Source of the DNA: Candidatus Bathyarchaeota archaeon
Lineage (GTDB): Archaea > Thermoproteota > Bathyarchaeia > Bathyarchaeales > Bathycorpusculaceae
Reading direction: 5' to 3'
Assembly (NCBI GenBank): GCA_963828195.1
Contig: CAWHDT010000008.1
Coordinates: 96,001 to 160,000, forward strand
Length of the DNA: 64,000 nucleotides
The translations under genes were made by a program, and so were the position numbers. Below the pieces are notes generated by a model that was not told the origin of the DNA, searched no databases, and saw only the letters and a program-made list of their open reading frames with translations. Below, piece by piece: positions 30,201-40,413 of the stretch (position 1 is its first letter; each line of letters starts with the position of its first letter).

Positions 30201-30232
30201 TTTTCAAGGGCAATCAGCTTCCGAACTGTGGC

Positions 30233-31030
30233 TTAGTTGTCATCGAAGCCAAATGCTTTTTCACAAGCGACAGAGGCAAAAATTTTTTCAGCATCCTCTT
30301 CTTGCTCTTTTGTGCCGGTAATGGACAGCCAGCATGACCCTTCTGCGCCGCAAACGCCGCCGGCAGCAATCAGCTCAACGTTGGCGCCGGTCAAAGCAGT
30401 CAACGCGTCTATCTCGGTAAAAACTTCGCCTGTAACGGGCATCAAACGGTAACCGCCTACTCCAGGAGCATCAAGTTTCTCCGCCAACGCGTTCAAATCG
30501 CCGTTTACCCGTTTCTCCAGACCCACGGGTATTATGAGTTTTACTCGGCGCCCCACAATCGCGGGCAAAGCCAACCCTATAGTTCCAGCTTTTGGGTGAC
30601 CGATCAAGATAGCCGCCTGTTTTCGGTCCAAGTCCAGAGCGTTTGCACCCTTCACGATAACATCGCCCTCTTTGAGCGAATCAACTACATCGCCTATCGT
30701 CTTCCCCTTCTGCCAAACACCCTTAACTATCACGACATCGCCGGGAAACTTGCTTTCGACAGCGAACCGCCCCTCAGCAGTCACACTTTTAACTGAAGGC
30801 AGAGTTATCCCGCGGAAAAAGTGTTTCCTCGAGAAATCAGTCGCAATCTGATACGTTCTTAATATTTCGTCAGCGACATATCCGTTGGTTGTTCCAGCAA
30901 CAATGACAAGTGTCCCGTTTTTGAGGGCTTTTCTTATTGCAGGGTGATTTGTCAGGGTTTTGGCGATTAAGCGTTTTCCTGCGGCGGGAGTAACTAGGAA
31001 TTGTTTCACTTTAGTTTGCTCCTTAAACAT
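30233..31030 (-). CDS. Hypothetical alpha/beta enzyme-like protein
   Basis: [33 protein letters not shown]; 265-aa ORF. Confidence 0.75.
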   Translation of the reverse strand: MFKEQTKVKQFLVTPAAGKRLIAKTLTNHPAIRKALKNGTLVIVAGTTNGYVADEILRTYQIATDFSRKHFFRGITLPSVKSVTAEGRFAVESKFPGDVVIVKGVWQKGKTIGDVVDSLKEGDVIVKGANALDLDRKQAAILIGHPKAGTIGLALPAIVGRRVKLIIPVGLEKRVNGDLNALAEKLDAPGVGGYRLMPVTGEVFTEIDALTALTGANVELIAAGGVCGAEGSCWLSITGTKEQEEDAEKIFASVACEKAFGFDDN

Positions 31031-31142
31031 TTAGAATGTTATTTGACACGTAAATAATAATTGCGGTTTCCAGCAACATAAAATGATAAAAAATAAAAAG
31101 AAAATAATAAGGACGAACGTGAAAGGTGTTCAGCTTATAAGC

Positions 31143-31283
31143 TTAATATCTTCTCGGTGGTCTTCGTTTTGCGTAGCACTCACGGCAATATACTGGCCTG
31201 GAGCCGTCTGGCTTGAAAGGAACGTCACATTCTTTTCCGCAGTCAGCGCAGGTTGCCTTGTGCATTTCTCTGTTATTATACAT
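31143..31283 (-). CDS. CxxC-x17-CxxC small zinc-ribbon protein, 46 aa (not in ORF track)
   Basis: MYNNREMHKATCADCGKECDVPFKPDGSRPVYCRECYAKRRPPRRY*; GGAG SD. Confidence 0.9.
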   Translation of the reverse strand: MYNNREMHKATCADCGKECDVPFKPDGSRPVYCRECYAKRRPPRRY

Positions 31284-31642
31284 TCGCTATTTCAACTCCT
31301 ACTACATTTGCTGTGCAAAAATTGGTTCTTGCACAGTAACTTTAACGTGTCCTCGATGCTTATAAATTGAATGCCTACTATTTTTAGATTAAACATCAAA
31401 ATCTTGCCTGCAACCCGCTTCTTAAAAGGGGAGTTACAAGAAAGAAAGATTTTGAACCTTTTTCACGGCAGCAACTGAGCTTCATAAGTTTTCTTAAAAT
31501 TCGGTTAAAACAGCCCTTTGACCATTCAAGCTAATATAGGTACACCTCGTATAGTGTAGGCATTCAAAATATTGAGAGAAGCATGGGGAAAATTGGGCTT
31601 TGCTTCTTCTCTTGCTTTGACATTACACATGGGAGAAGAAAT

Positions 31643-32278
31643 GTGAGACAGAAAAAATCGACCTTAGGAGAGCACATTGCTCTTCTTTCAGTAAAACATA
31701 ACATTTACCCCTCGGAAGTGTTTCAAGCACTTATTAAAGCAAAAGAAAACGAAAAAGCAGTCTGCGGCAACCTTACAGTTGAATATCGGGGTAAAGTGAA
31801 AGACGAAATTATTTTTCTTATAAAGAAAGAAAATAATGCAGTGGCTCAGTTCAGAGTTGATGAACAATTTCTGTTAAGAAAGGATAATCCTTTTGAAAGC
31901 TGGATGACGACAGATAAAATATGCAAGAAAATCGCTAAACAAAATATAGATTCAGTTTTTACCTCGATTCAAGATTTGAGAGCTTGCATGAAAAGGGTTA
32001 ATGTTAAAGCTGAAGTCCTTGAGATTCCTAAGCCCGTGCAGGTTCACACGCAATTTGGCAACACTGTTAGAGTCGTTAATGCTTTGGTGGGCGATGAAAC
32101 AGGAAAAATCAAACTTTGCCTGTGGGAAGGACAAATAAACACGGTTGCTGTCGGAGACAACATTGAAATAAAGAATTCGCACATATGCGTTTTTAGAGGC
32201 GAGAAGCAGCTGCGGCTTGGAAAAAAAGGTGTCATCAGCACATTGCAAAGCCCTGCTGAAGTTTTAAGCAGCAGCTAG
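31643..32278 (+). CDS. OB-fold ssDNA-binding (RPA/SSB-like) protein with N-terminal extension
   Basis: VNVKAEVL...VGDETGKIKLCLW...VGDNIEIKN...FRGEKQLRLG; GTG start at 31643 behind GGGAG. Confidence 0.85.
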   Translation: MRQKKSTLGEHIALLSVKHNIYPSEVFQALIKAKENEKAVCGNLTVEYRGKVKDEIIFLIKKENNAVAQFRVDEQFLLRKDNPFESWMTTDKICKKIAKQNIDSVFTSIQDLRACMKRVNVKAEVLEIPKPVQVHTQFGNTVRVVNALVGDETGKIKLCLWEGQINTVAVGDNIEIKNSHICVFRGEKQLRLGKKGVISTLQSPAEVLSSS

Positions 32279-32382
32279 CACCAGCAACAGTTACTTAAAC
32301 ATCGGTTGTATTTCTTTTTGAGAGGACGATTTTTATACATGAATTAAGCATTGGGTTGAAAGAGAAGTGAGGCATTGACGCT

Positions 32383-33042
32383 TTGACACTTATTGTGGAC
32401 GATGCAGGCAGCGGCGACTTACTTTCCGGCGTAGTGATAGGCGCTTACCGAGAAGAAACAGGCGAATTCAAATATGACATGATTGACGTAAGATTCTACC
32501 AAGAAATCTTCCGCGAAAAAGAGTACCTTCAAGAAGCCTCACGCATCGCCGCTAAACTTGCCGCATATTTTAACCTTAAGCCAGATGAGGAAATCCATAT
32601 TTGCCAAGGCTGCATCTTTGACGTAGCCGCTGAGGAGCTCCGCAAAGTCTACGGCGAAGACCGCGTTAAACGCGTCAAAGTCATCGGCGAAGCGCAGAGG
32701 CTAACAGAAATTGCTTATTTAGACGAAATCCGCAACTTAGGCTACGAACCGTTAGCTGAACGTGAAGAAAAAAGAGGCAAAAGCTTCTTCCACATGATGC
32801 GGTGGCTAAAAGACAAACCTGAAATGCTACGTTACACCAAGACAGGTTGGCCGCGGTTAAAGAACTACCATTTGTTTAGCCAATTTCATCAAGAAACAGC
32901 TTACAAAACCGTCTGCAGCGACTGCGGCTGCGAATGCGAAGTGCCGTTTAAGCCTCATGCGGACCGGCCAGTGTATTGCCGAAAATGTTGGCCTACCCAT
33001 AGACCGCCAAAGAACCGCCAGAAAAAAGGTCACATCAATTAA
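32383..33042 (+). CDS. RNase H-like (RNase HII-type N-terminal motif) protein fused to a CxxC-x17-CxxC domain
   Basis: IVDDAGSGDLLSGVVIG resembles RNase HII DEAGRG. C-terminal CSDCGCECEVPFKPHADRPVYCRKC. Confidence 0.65.
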   Translation: MTLIVDDAGSGDLLSGVVIGAYREETGEFKYDMIDVRFYQEIFREKEYLQEASRIAAKLAAYFNLKPDEEIHICQGCIFDVAAEELRKVYGEDRVKRVKVIGEAQRLTEIAYLDEIRNLGYEPLAEREEKRGKSFFHMMRWLKDKPEMLRYTKTGWPRLKNYHLFSQFHQETAYKTVCSDCGCECEVPFKPHADRPVYCRKCWPTHRPPKNRQKKGHIN

Positions 33043-33151
33043 ATCAGTTTTATGGGTAGTTGCGGCAGGGAATGACGTATTTTTGTTTAGTTGATTTTGC
33101 CGGGGCGGAAGTGTAAGGTTTTTTTAGGCAATACCTTCAATATCATTCTCG

Positions 33152-33358
33152 ATGAGTGTGAAACGGTCTATGGATGAGAGCTGGGAACGCTTGGGGCGCC
33201 TGAAACCTGAGGAAAAAGTGCGACTATGCATTGATATGACTGACGGTTGCCTCCGAATATGTGCTGACGGCGTCAGAAATCGGTTTCCAAGCATCTCTGA
33301 GCAAGAGCTGTTAGAGAAATTGCGTGAGCGCCTTGAATGGTCGAAGCGTAACCGCTGA
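33152..33358 (+). CDS. Small helical protein, putative antitoxin partner
   Basis: LKPEEKVRL...DGVRNRFPSISEQEL; directly upstream of the nucleotidyltransferase. Confidence 0.65.
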   Translation: MSVKRSMDESWERLGRLKPEEKVRLCIDMTDGCLRICADGVRNRFPSISEQELLEKLRERLEWSKRNR

Positions 33359-33370
33359 GGCGAAAAATAA

Positions 33371-33916
33371 TTGGATGCATACTACACGTTTGTGAAGAAG
33401 CTGGTTAATGCTTTTGAAATTGAAAATTTAGATTACGCTTTTACTGGAGCGTTAGCAACGAGTTTCTACGGTGTTCCGCGAACAACAAGCGACGTAGACG
33501 TGATAGTCGCAGTCGCGAATGGGGCAGACTTCAAAACAAAGATTGCGAGAGCGCTGAAACAGGCGGATTTAGAGTTTGACGAACGAAAAATTGAGTCGGC
33601 TTTGACCTCAGGATATAAAATCGCAACTTTCAAAGACAAAACAACGCCTTACACCATTGACGTAATTCTTTCTGAAAATAAACTTGATAAAACATCGGGA
33701 AACATTGACGGCGTGAAAACTTTTTTCCAGTGTCCTGAAGGCTTGGTTGCGGCAAAACTTCGGATGATTAAGGTTACTTTGCCCTTTGAACGCTCGATTA
33801 AAGATAGGCAGGACGTTAAGGCAATTTTGGCTTTTACCCGAGTGAATTTTGAAGCGGTAAAAAGGCAAGCGCGAAAGGATAAGACACTGGAAATATTTGA
33901 AGCCTTAACTGAATAG
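33371..33916 (+). CDS. Nucleotidyltransferase (DUF6036/AbiEii-like)
   Basis: TGALATSFYGVPRTTSDVD, PEGLVAAKL, KDRQD. Confidence 0.8.
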   Translation: MDAYYTFVKKLVNAFEIENLDYAFTGALATSFYGVPRTTSDVDVIVAVANGADFKTKIARALKQADLEFDERKIESALTSGYKIATFKDKTTPYTIDVILSENKLDKTSGNIDGVKTFFQCPEGLVAAKLRMIKVTLPFERSIKDRQDVKAILAFTRVNFEAVKRQARKDKTLEIFEALTE

Positions 33917-33977
33917 CTCCTTAGCGTTGAAGGCTTAAATAATCTTTTTACCCTATTGCCTAGTGGTCGTGTTTTAG

Positions 33978-34493
33978 TTGTCCTCTGATAAAAATGCTGC
34001 AGCCCAAAGCAACGTGGTATGGTCAGGAAAACCATGGATTACCCCAACAGCCATTATACGAACAATCATCGTTTTTGTAGTTGCAATCCTATTTTTCTGG
34101 CTTGAACTCTATGTAGGTGTTGCCTCAACAAATTTGGCTGGATTACCAGTTTGGGCATGGACGATTTTAGTTTTCATCGTGGCTTGGCTGTTCACCGTGT
34201 TGGATTTGATTATTTTTCGGGCTGCCCACACTTACTTGCTACGGCAGGACGGGTTAGAAATCCGCCGTGGCATTCTGAGGCTACATTCGTTTGTTGTTAC
34301 TCCAATGGGGTTTGGGGATTTACTGGTTTACCAATCCGTCGGCGGCAGAATCTTCGGTTATGGAGACATAACTGTTAACTCTCAAGGCGAACGCCAAATC
34401 AAACTTGTGCTTGTCCGCTCACCCTTCGCGGTGGCAGACACCATCCGAGACATAATGGGTAAACCCCTCGTCCGAGTAGACAGCCACGCATAA
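33978..34493 (+). CDS. Membrane protein with bacterial PH (bPH_2) domain
   Basis: VVWSGKP, two TMs, RRGIL, QSVGGRIFGYGDI. Confidence 0.8.
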   Translation: MSSDKNAAAQSNVVWSGKPWITPTAIIRTIIVFVVAILFFWLELYVGVASTNLAGLPVWAWTILVFIVAWLFTVLDLIIFRAAHTYLLRQDGLEIRRGILRLHSFVVTPMGFGDLLVYQSVGGRIFGYGDITVNSQGERQIKLVLVRSPFAVADTIRDIMGKPLVRVDSHA

Positions 34494-35011
34494 AAGCACG
34501 CCGCTTTTCTTGGCGTTGCATTATTTTTTATATGTGCAGGTTTTTAATGTGTTTGATGACAAATAATTATTTTTATAAAGTGTGTTATGACGTTTACATA
34601 GGTATTCTTAATATTTGTGAACATTTCTCAAATCGCTTTATATCTTTACCATGGCACTTTGGTTTTTAGAGCAAAACAAAATGGGATGACATGGCATGAT
34701 GGATTTGGCGACCCTTAGATCGGCATGTTTAAGCTTGTTTACTTTCCCCTTCATGTTTATGGGGTATGGCGGTTCGTCGATGCAACGGGCACTAAGAGCA
34801 GCATCGGCAAGGGGCTTAAACGTGTATAGCCGATTACTTTGGGTTACCAAACCAAAACAGCCATCTCCTGCTCGGAGCACTGCATGGCTTACAAAACGTG
34901 TGCTACACGCAAAAGTGCTGATAATCAAAGCTTGTATGTATATACTTACATATTACATATCCTTATAAGCGAATTCTAACCATGCTACAGATTCTAAAAG
35001 GAGGCGAAGAA

Positions 35012-35137
35012 ATGCTGAGTAGAGATTGCGACGGATGCACGCTCCTGCACATGTGTAGTGAACGCTACAAGCGCGTTAGCAAAGACGAGAAAGTGTACTG
35101 CCCAGATGGAACAGCCCACTTAGTAGATCAAAACTAA
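35012..35137 (+). CDS. 41-aa Cys/His microprotein (not in ORF track)
   Basis: AAGGAGG SD; MLSRDCDGCTLLHMCSERYKRVSKDEKVYCPDGTAHLVDQN*; T-rich tract after the stop. Confidence 0.7.
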   Translation: MLSRDCDGCTLLHMCSERYKRVSKDEKVYCPDGTAHLVDQN

Positions 35138-35222
35138 ACTTCATCCTTTCCAGTTTTTTGTTAGCTTTAGGCAAAGGCAGAAATGTAAGCTGATTCTCAA
35201 TTATTCAACACATGGTGATTGT

Positions 35223-35753
35223 GTGGATAAAGCTGCTTACTTGATGTGGAGCCGCAAATACGATAAAGCGTTTGGGTGGCAAGCTCAGAGGGAACGGGCG
35301 CTAGGCTCTAAATTCCGAAAAGCTAAAGCATTAACGTTGGCTGATTTGGCCGCTGTTGTTGAATGGAAGTTTAATGAGGAGCCTGAGAAGAAAACTCGGG
35401 TGTTAGAGTTAGTGAGCAGAAATGCGTTGGAAACGGTTAACCGCTTATCCAGCCAAGCTCTAAGCATTCCATCTTGCGAAGACGCTTACCGAATGAATTG
35501 CCTCACACTGCTCGAAGGCATCAGCCCGGTTTTGGCAAGCGTGATCCTAACGTTTTTTGACCCCAAACAATACTGCATTTTAGACACGGCAGTGTGGAAG
35601 GCGGTGCTTGGCAATCCCCCACCCAACCTGTTAACCGCCCAGAACTACCTAAAACTGCTTGGGGTAATAAGGAAAACCGCAGCCAAACAAAACTTGGATG
35701 TACGAGTGATCGACAAGGCACTCTACAAAAAAAGCGTAGACGAATCCAAATAA
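35223..35753 (+). CDS. Helix-hairpin-helix (DNA glycosylase-like) hypothetical protein
   Basis: VVEWK, LEGISPVLASVILTFFDP..YCILD, RVIDKALY. Confidence 0.65.
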   Translation: MDKAAYLMWSRKYDKAFGWQAQRERALGSKFRKAKALTLADLAAVVEWKFNEEPEKKTRVLELVSRNALETVNRLSSQALSIPSCEDAYRMNCLTLLEGISPVLASVILTFFDPKQYCILDTAVWKAVLGNPPPNLLTAQNYLKLLGVIRKTAAKQNLDVRVIDKALYKKSVDESK

Positions 35754-35777
35754 AATAGCGCTTCAGTCAATAATTTA

Positions 35778-35885
35778 TTTTCAAAAGAACAACAACACCC
35801 TAAATTCAAATGTTGTTCTTCTTGGCAAGATTTTTCTTTAAAAGAAGAAGAAGAAGACTGAAAAAATCGTTTTTCTTCTTCTTTC
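35778..35885 (-). repeat. Dispersed double-hairpin repeat, copy 3 (units A and B)
   Basis: AAAAGAACAACAACACCCTAAATTCAAATGTTGTTCTTCTTGGCAAGATTT...AAAAGAAGAAGAAGAAG...CGTTTTTCTTCTTCTTTC. Confidence 0.88.
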
Positions 35886-36145
35886 GATAGCCTGCTTGAA
35901 TCTTTGATTCCTGAGGGACACGAACTCAGCCCAGAGGAAGCTAAAGAGCTAGACATTCTACAAGCAATATTTCGCAAATCGTGATATATCAAAAAAATTT
36001 CGGCACTCATCATAGAAGAATAATTCTCCATCTTCGAAGACGCAGCAGAATATTATAAACTAAGTAATGGTGATTTTTTATATTGTATTTGATAGAAAAT
36101 GCTATATAATTGGTGAGATAATCTAACAGGAGAGCGGGGGATTAA

Positions 36146-36277
36146 ATGTTCAATTCATTATACGATAAAGCTACCCATCACTGCAACGAGTGCGATTGGG
36201 ATGGCGATGGATGGGAACTAAAAAACAACAAATGCCCAAACTGTAAGAGCAAAAACATCGAAGAAATAAAAAATTAG
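36146..36277 (+). CDS. 43-aa zinc-ribbon microprotein (not in ORF track)
   Basis: MFNSLYDKATHHCNECDWDGDGWELKNNKCPNCKSKNIEEIKN*; GGGGG SD. Confidence 0.7.
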   Translation: MFNSLYDKATHHCNECDWDGDGWELKNNKCPNCKSKNIEEIKN

Positions 36278-36515
36278 AAAACAATTTCTACCAAGTTAAA
36301 ATTGTCTGGGCACAAAGAGCGTTAGCATACGAACTCTTCACAGCATGAAACCTGCGAAATTAATGAAAAGCCTCACAATTCTTCCTAATAATTCTCATGC
36401 TCTATAAAATATCATCCTCAGAGAGCGGAATGTTCAGAAACCTTAATTTTGGCACACTACTTCTTTTGTAGCTTACGCAAAATTGAAACACTAAAAATTA
36501 AAGGAGAACTTTAAA

Positions 36516-37196
36516 CTGTATTTTCTTGGGCATATGGCTTGGGCATACGTTTGGGCAATGCTAGCGTGGGCTCTGATTCCCGGCGTAAAACGGGGCGGCA
36601 AGCTTATTGTGCCAGCCATTTTGCTATTGGGAATTTTGCCTGACGGCGACATTCTTCTCGGCAGCCTTGGCGTAGTGCATCGAACTTTTACGCACTCTTT
36701 TTTCTTCTGGATTATAATTTTTGTTCCGCTTTTCATTGTTTTCGGGCTGAAATCGGTTCCTTACTTTGTAGCTGTAGTGCAGCACTTTGCCTTCGGAGAC
36801 CTGTTGATGGGAAAAGTCATGATATTTTGGCCCTTCAGCTCCGCACGAGTCGGCTTTGGCATTCCCATGCCTTCCCTTATAGATGTAACGCTGGAAATAG
36901 CCGGTTTGGCGTTAGCGCTGGGAATCCTCGTGAACAGCGGAGATTTAAAACGTCTTTTCTCCGTTGACAAAAAAAACATCCTTATGCTTCTTCCCCTGCT
37001 GGCACTTGCAACGTCCGCGCTGTTTTTTATTTCTCACTGGGCATCCACAAACGGATTTACCGCCTACATTCTATCAAGTAATTTGCTCATAGCCCTCGCC
37101 GTAGGCCACATTATTCTATTTGTGTTCATCGCAATCTCCTCATTCCAAGGATTAAGAGCGTTGAGACACAAAACAAACGGCAAAATACTCCCCTAA
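36516..37196 (+). CDS. Membrane metal-dependent hydrolase (YdjM-like)
   Basis: LGH...LPDGD...HRTFTHS...QHFAFGD...FWPF. The first His needs a start upstream of 36534; there is a CTG at 36516 after AGGAG. Confidence 0.8.
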   Translation: MYFLGHMAWAYVWAMLAWALIPGVKRGGKLIVPAILLLGILPDGDILLGSLGVVHRTFTHSFFFWIIIFVPLFIVFGLKSVPYFVAVVQHFAFGDLLMGKVMIFWPFSSARVGFGIPMPSLIDVTLEIAGLALALGILVNSGDLKRLFSVDKKNILMLLPLLALATSALFFISHWASTNGFTAYILSSNLLIALAVGHIILFVFIAISSFQGLRALRHKTNGKILP

Positions 37197-37531
37197 ACTG
37201 AGCACTAAAGTAGCAGTAATAATAGTGCTTATCATAGTTGGCGCTTTGAGTAGCTAATTTTTTTGCTGGTTGACGGATTCCATTTTTTTAAGGTTGAAAT
37301 CACACTGCCAAACCACCGCCAAAGAACGTCCGACGTTTTGTAAGGTAACATCTCAAAAACTACCTATAATTTAGGATGAAACTAAAAGGATAATCTGCTG
37401 AGTCATTTTTGCTAAAAAAAATTTTGTGTTTTTGTAAAACTTTAAGTAACCTGATTTAAAAGTTATATATAAGCGAGAAGACCAACGCTTCTTGCCTCAA
37501 ATAAAAAATTTTAAAGGGAGAAAAAAGAAAA

Positions 37532-40240
37532 ATGCAAATTGGTAAAAACAGAATCGCGGCTATTTCGATTGTCATATTCTTAACACTTTCAATGGGAGCC
37601 ACAACGTTGCTGGTTCCGACTGCAAGTGCGCATACACCTCCATATAACATTGCAACTTATGCTTTCATCAACGTGGGAACAAACCCAGATGGCATCAGTC
37701 AACCCGTAAACATTGGCTTCTGGCTCGGTCAACCGCCACCAACAGCAACCGGTCCATACGGCGACAGATGGATGGGCATGATGGTGAAAGTTACATTGCC
37801 TGACGGAACCACTGCGGAGCTGGGGCCGTTTACATCTGACGACACTGGCGGAACACATGTTGAGTACACTCCCACAGAGCTTGGCAACTACTCTTTCCAA
37901 ATGACTTTTCCAGGACAAACATTAGCAGGCGTCAACCTTAGTCCAGGAACAACGTCGCCGTATATCGGTGACTACTATGAACCTTCCACCAGTGCAGTTG
38001 CAACGATGACTGTTCAGCAGCAACCCGTAGGCGGAGTTTCAGTAGCTCCTCTTCCATCAAGTTACTGGCAGACCCCAATAACCGCAATGAACGTTAACAA
38101 CTGGTACATGGTTGGGGGTGCTTCTCTTGACCTAGGCAGCAACGGAAAATACAACACTACCTCAAACTATAATCCGTATACTACTGCGCCGATGACGTCT
38201 CATATTATGTGGACTAAGCCTGAAGCTTTCGGCGGTGTCCTCGGAGGAGACTTCGGCGGAACAACAACCTACGGCAACTACTACTCAACCTCGCAATACG
38301 AGAAAAAGTACAATCCAGTCATCATCAACGGCTACCTCTACTACAACGTGTTTCCAGGAAGCTCAACTACTCCCACAGGCTTAATCTGCGTGGACCTATA
38401 CACGGGACAAACAGTATGGAACGACGACGGCGACAACTACGGCGGCGGCTCTTCAGTGCAAACTGCCCTAATATCAACCGGTGTATGCACCTCGCTTCTA
38501 TGCGGTCAAATACTTGATTTCGTATCGCCCAACCAATACGGAGGCTTAGCGTATCTTTGGACAACCGGAACACCAGTTGGAATCGTGTCAACTGGAACCA
38601 CATTAAACATGTTTGACGCTGAAACAGGAACCTACATCCTAAGCATAGTCAACGGCACTTCACCAGCATTAACCGTAGATCAAGGAGGAAACTTGATCGG
38701 CTACTTCATTAACGCTACAACTGGCAACCAAACACTCTACAGTAACCTCGGAGGCAACATTGTCGGCACCAAAGTCACCAACACAGGACCAATGCTGACC
38801 CTGTGGAACTCAACACTCTGCATTCAGAACGGCGCTTGGAGTGCACAAGCTTCAGGCTGGTACTGGAGACCCCCACAAGACGGCGTCATCTCATTCCAAG
38901 AAGGAATCGAGTGGGCGATGCCGATAGCAACTAACTATTCGGGCAATCCGTTGCCGGGAGCTTTCTCGATTGGTGCAGCTGGTCCAATAACGTCATCGCA
39001 AGACATCGGCAGTGGTGTAGTAATGATGACTTCAGGAGGCTCTTCAGGCGGACTTTTCCAGCCAGGATGGCAAATTGAAGCAGGCTACAGCGCAACAACG
39101 GGACAACAGCTTTGGATAGAAAATAGAACATACGCACCTTACACCAGAGTAGTTGGCGAAGGAGATAGTGATGGAGTCTACGGAGAAATATCTTACGAGG
39201 CATCTACACTCTACGGCTACAGCACAAGTACAGGCGCCCTGCTATGGACAGATGTGCTTTCACCTGTTGATCCCTATAACAGCATCGGTGGCTACATGAG
39301 TACTGTTGCTAACGGCACAATGTATCTTGCTGGCTTCGGCGGAGACATATGGTCTATAAACATGTTAACTGGCGCAATCAACTGGTATACGAATACAACG
39401 GCACTTCAGGGTTCCAGCGGAACTAACAGTCCATACGGTGTCTGGCCGCTTTGGCCGTTCTCTATTGGAGGCGTTGCAGACGGAATCTTATTCCTCGAAG
39501 AAGGACACGAATACAGTCCCCCATTATTCCTTGGCGCTCAACAACTGGCAATCAACTGCACAACTGGACAGCTTGTATGGAACATAAACGCTTTCGATGT
39601 TGACGGCTACCCCGTTACTGCATATGGCGTAATGACAGTGATAAACGCGTATGATAACCAGATATATGCTTACGGCATGGGACCAAGTGAAACAACCGTT
39701 ACCGCTCCAGGCGTCGGCGTGACAACAACTACTCCAGTAACACTCACAGGCACCGTGACTGACATCTCAGCAGGTTCGCAACAGGCAGCAGTCGCAGCAA
39801 ACTTCCCCAACGGGCTACCATGCGTATCTGACGCAAGCATGAGCCAATTCATGGAAGCAGTATATATGCAGCAGCCAATGCCCACCAATACGACGGGGGT
39901 CCAAGTTACCCTAACAGCCATCGACCCTAACCACAACTTAATCAACATTGGAACAACTACAACCGACAGCAGCGGCAAATACGGCTTCGTTTGGACACCG
40001 CCCTCAGTTCCAGGAGAATACCAAATTACAGCTACCTTCAGCGGAACCAATTCATACTACGGTTCATCCAGCATGACATACCTGAACGTACAATCATCAT
40101 CAGCGACTCCTGCACCAACAGCTACAGCCGCATCAAACCTGGCAACAACAGCTGACTTAATGACATACATAGTCGTTGCAGCAATCGCCATAATCATTGC
40201 ACTAGCCATAGGCGTCTTGCTAATACTGCGCAAAAAATAA
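37532..40240 (+). CDS. Large PQQ-like beta-propeller cell-surface protein
   Basis: Signal peptide, repeated DxxTGxxxW blades, EHSP-like GHEYSPP, NAYDNQIYAYGMGPS, CVSDASM, C-terminal TM + RKK. Confidence 0.88.
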   Translation: MQIGKNRIAAISIVIFLTLSMGATTLLVPTASAHTPPYNIATYAFINVGTNPDGISQPVNIGFWLGQPPPTATGPYGDRWMGMMVKVTLPDGTTAELGPFTSDDTGGTHVEYTPTELGNYSFQMTFPGQTLAGVNLSPGTTSPYIGDYYEPSTSAVATMTVQQQPVGGVSVAPLPSSYWQTPITAMNVNNWYMVGGASLDLGSNGKYNTTSNYNPYTTAPMTSHIMWTKPEAFGGVLGGDFGGTTTYGNYYSTSQYEKKYNPVIINGYLYYNVFPGSSTTPTGLICVDLYTGQTVWNDDGDNYGGGSSVQTALISTGVCTSLLCGQILDFVSPNQYGGLAYLWTTGTPVGIVSTGTTLNMFDAETGTYILSIVNGTSPALTVDQGGNLIGYFINATTGNQTLYSNLGGNIVGTKVTNTGPMLTLWNSTLCIQNGAWSAQASGWYWRPPQDGVISFQEGIEWAMPIATNYSGNPLPGAFSIGAAGPITSSQDIGSGVVMMTSGGSSGGLFQPGWQIEAGYSATTGQQLWIENRTYAPYTRVVGEGDSDGVYGEISYEASTLYGYSTSTGALLWTDVLSPVDPYNSIGGYMSTVANGTMYLAGFGGDIWSINMLTGAINWYTNTTALQGSSGTNSPYGVWPLWPFSIGGVADGILFLEEGHEYSPPLFLGAQQLAINCTTGQLVWNINAFDVDGYPVTAYGVMTVINAYDNQIYAYGMGPSETTVTAPGVGVTTTTPVTLTGTVTDISAGSQQAAVAANFPNGLPCVSDASMSQFMEAVYMQQPMPTNTTGVQVTLTAIDPNHNLINIGTTTTDSSGKYGFVWTPPSVPGEYQITATFSGTNSYYGSSSMTYLNVQSSSATPAPTATAASNLATTADLMTYIVVAAIAIIIALAIGVLLILRKK

Positions 40241-40413
40241 AAAACCTCAACTAAAAAATTCCATCTTTTTTTATTTTTAACTTCTTGAGAAAAAAGGAAG
40301 CCCATTAGAATTCACTTTCTAAGCCTATGCAATCTCCAGTTGGCAGCAATTGAGGTTGTGTTGCGGGTTTATTTTTCTTCTTCTAAGCCCCGATGAATCT
40401 GGTTATAGCTTGT

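Noticed and set aside
31083-31370. 95-aa plus-strand ORF
   Set aside because: It is the antisense shadow of the real 46-aa CxxC-x17-CxxC gene.
34638-34968. Overlapping 90-96 aa ORFs or a possible ncRNA
   Set aside because: No recognisable motif or convincing structure, so neither call can be supported.
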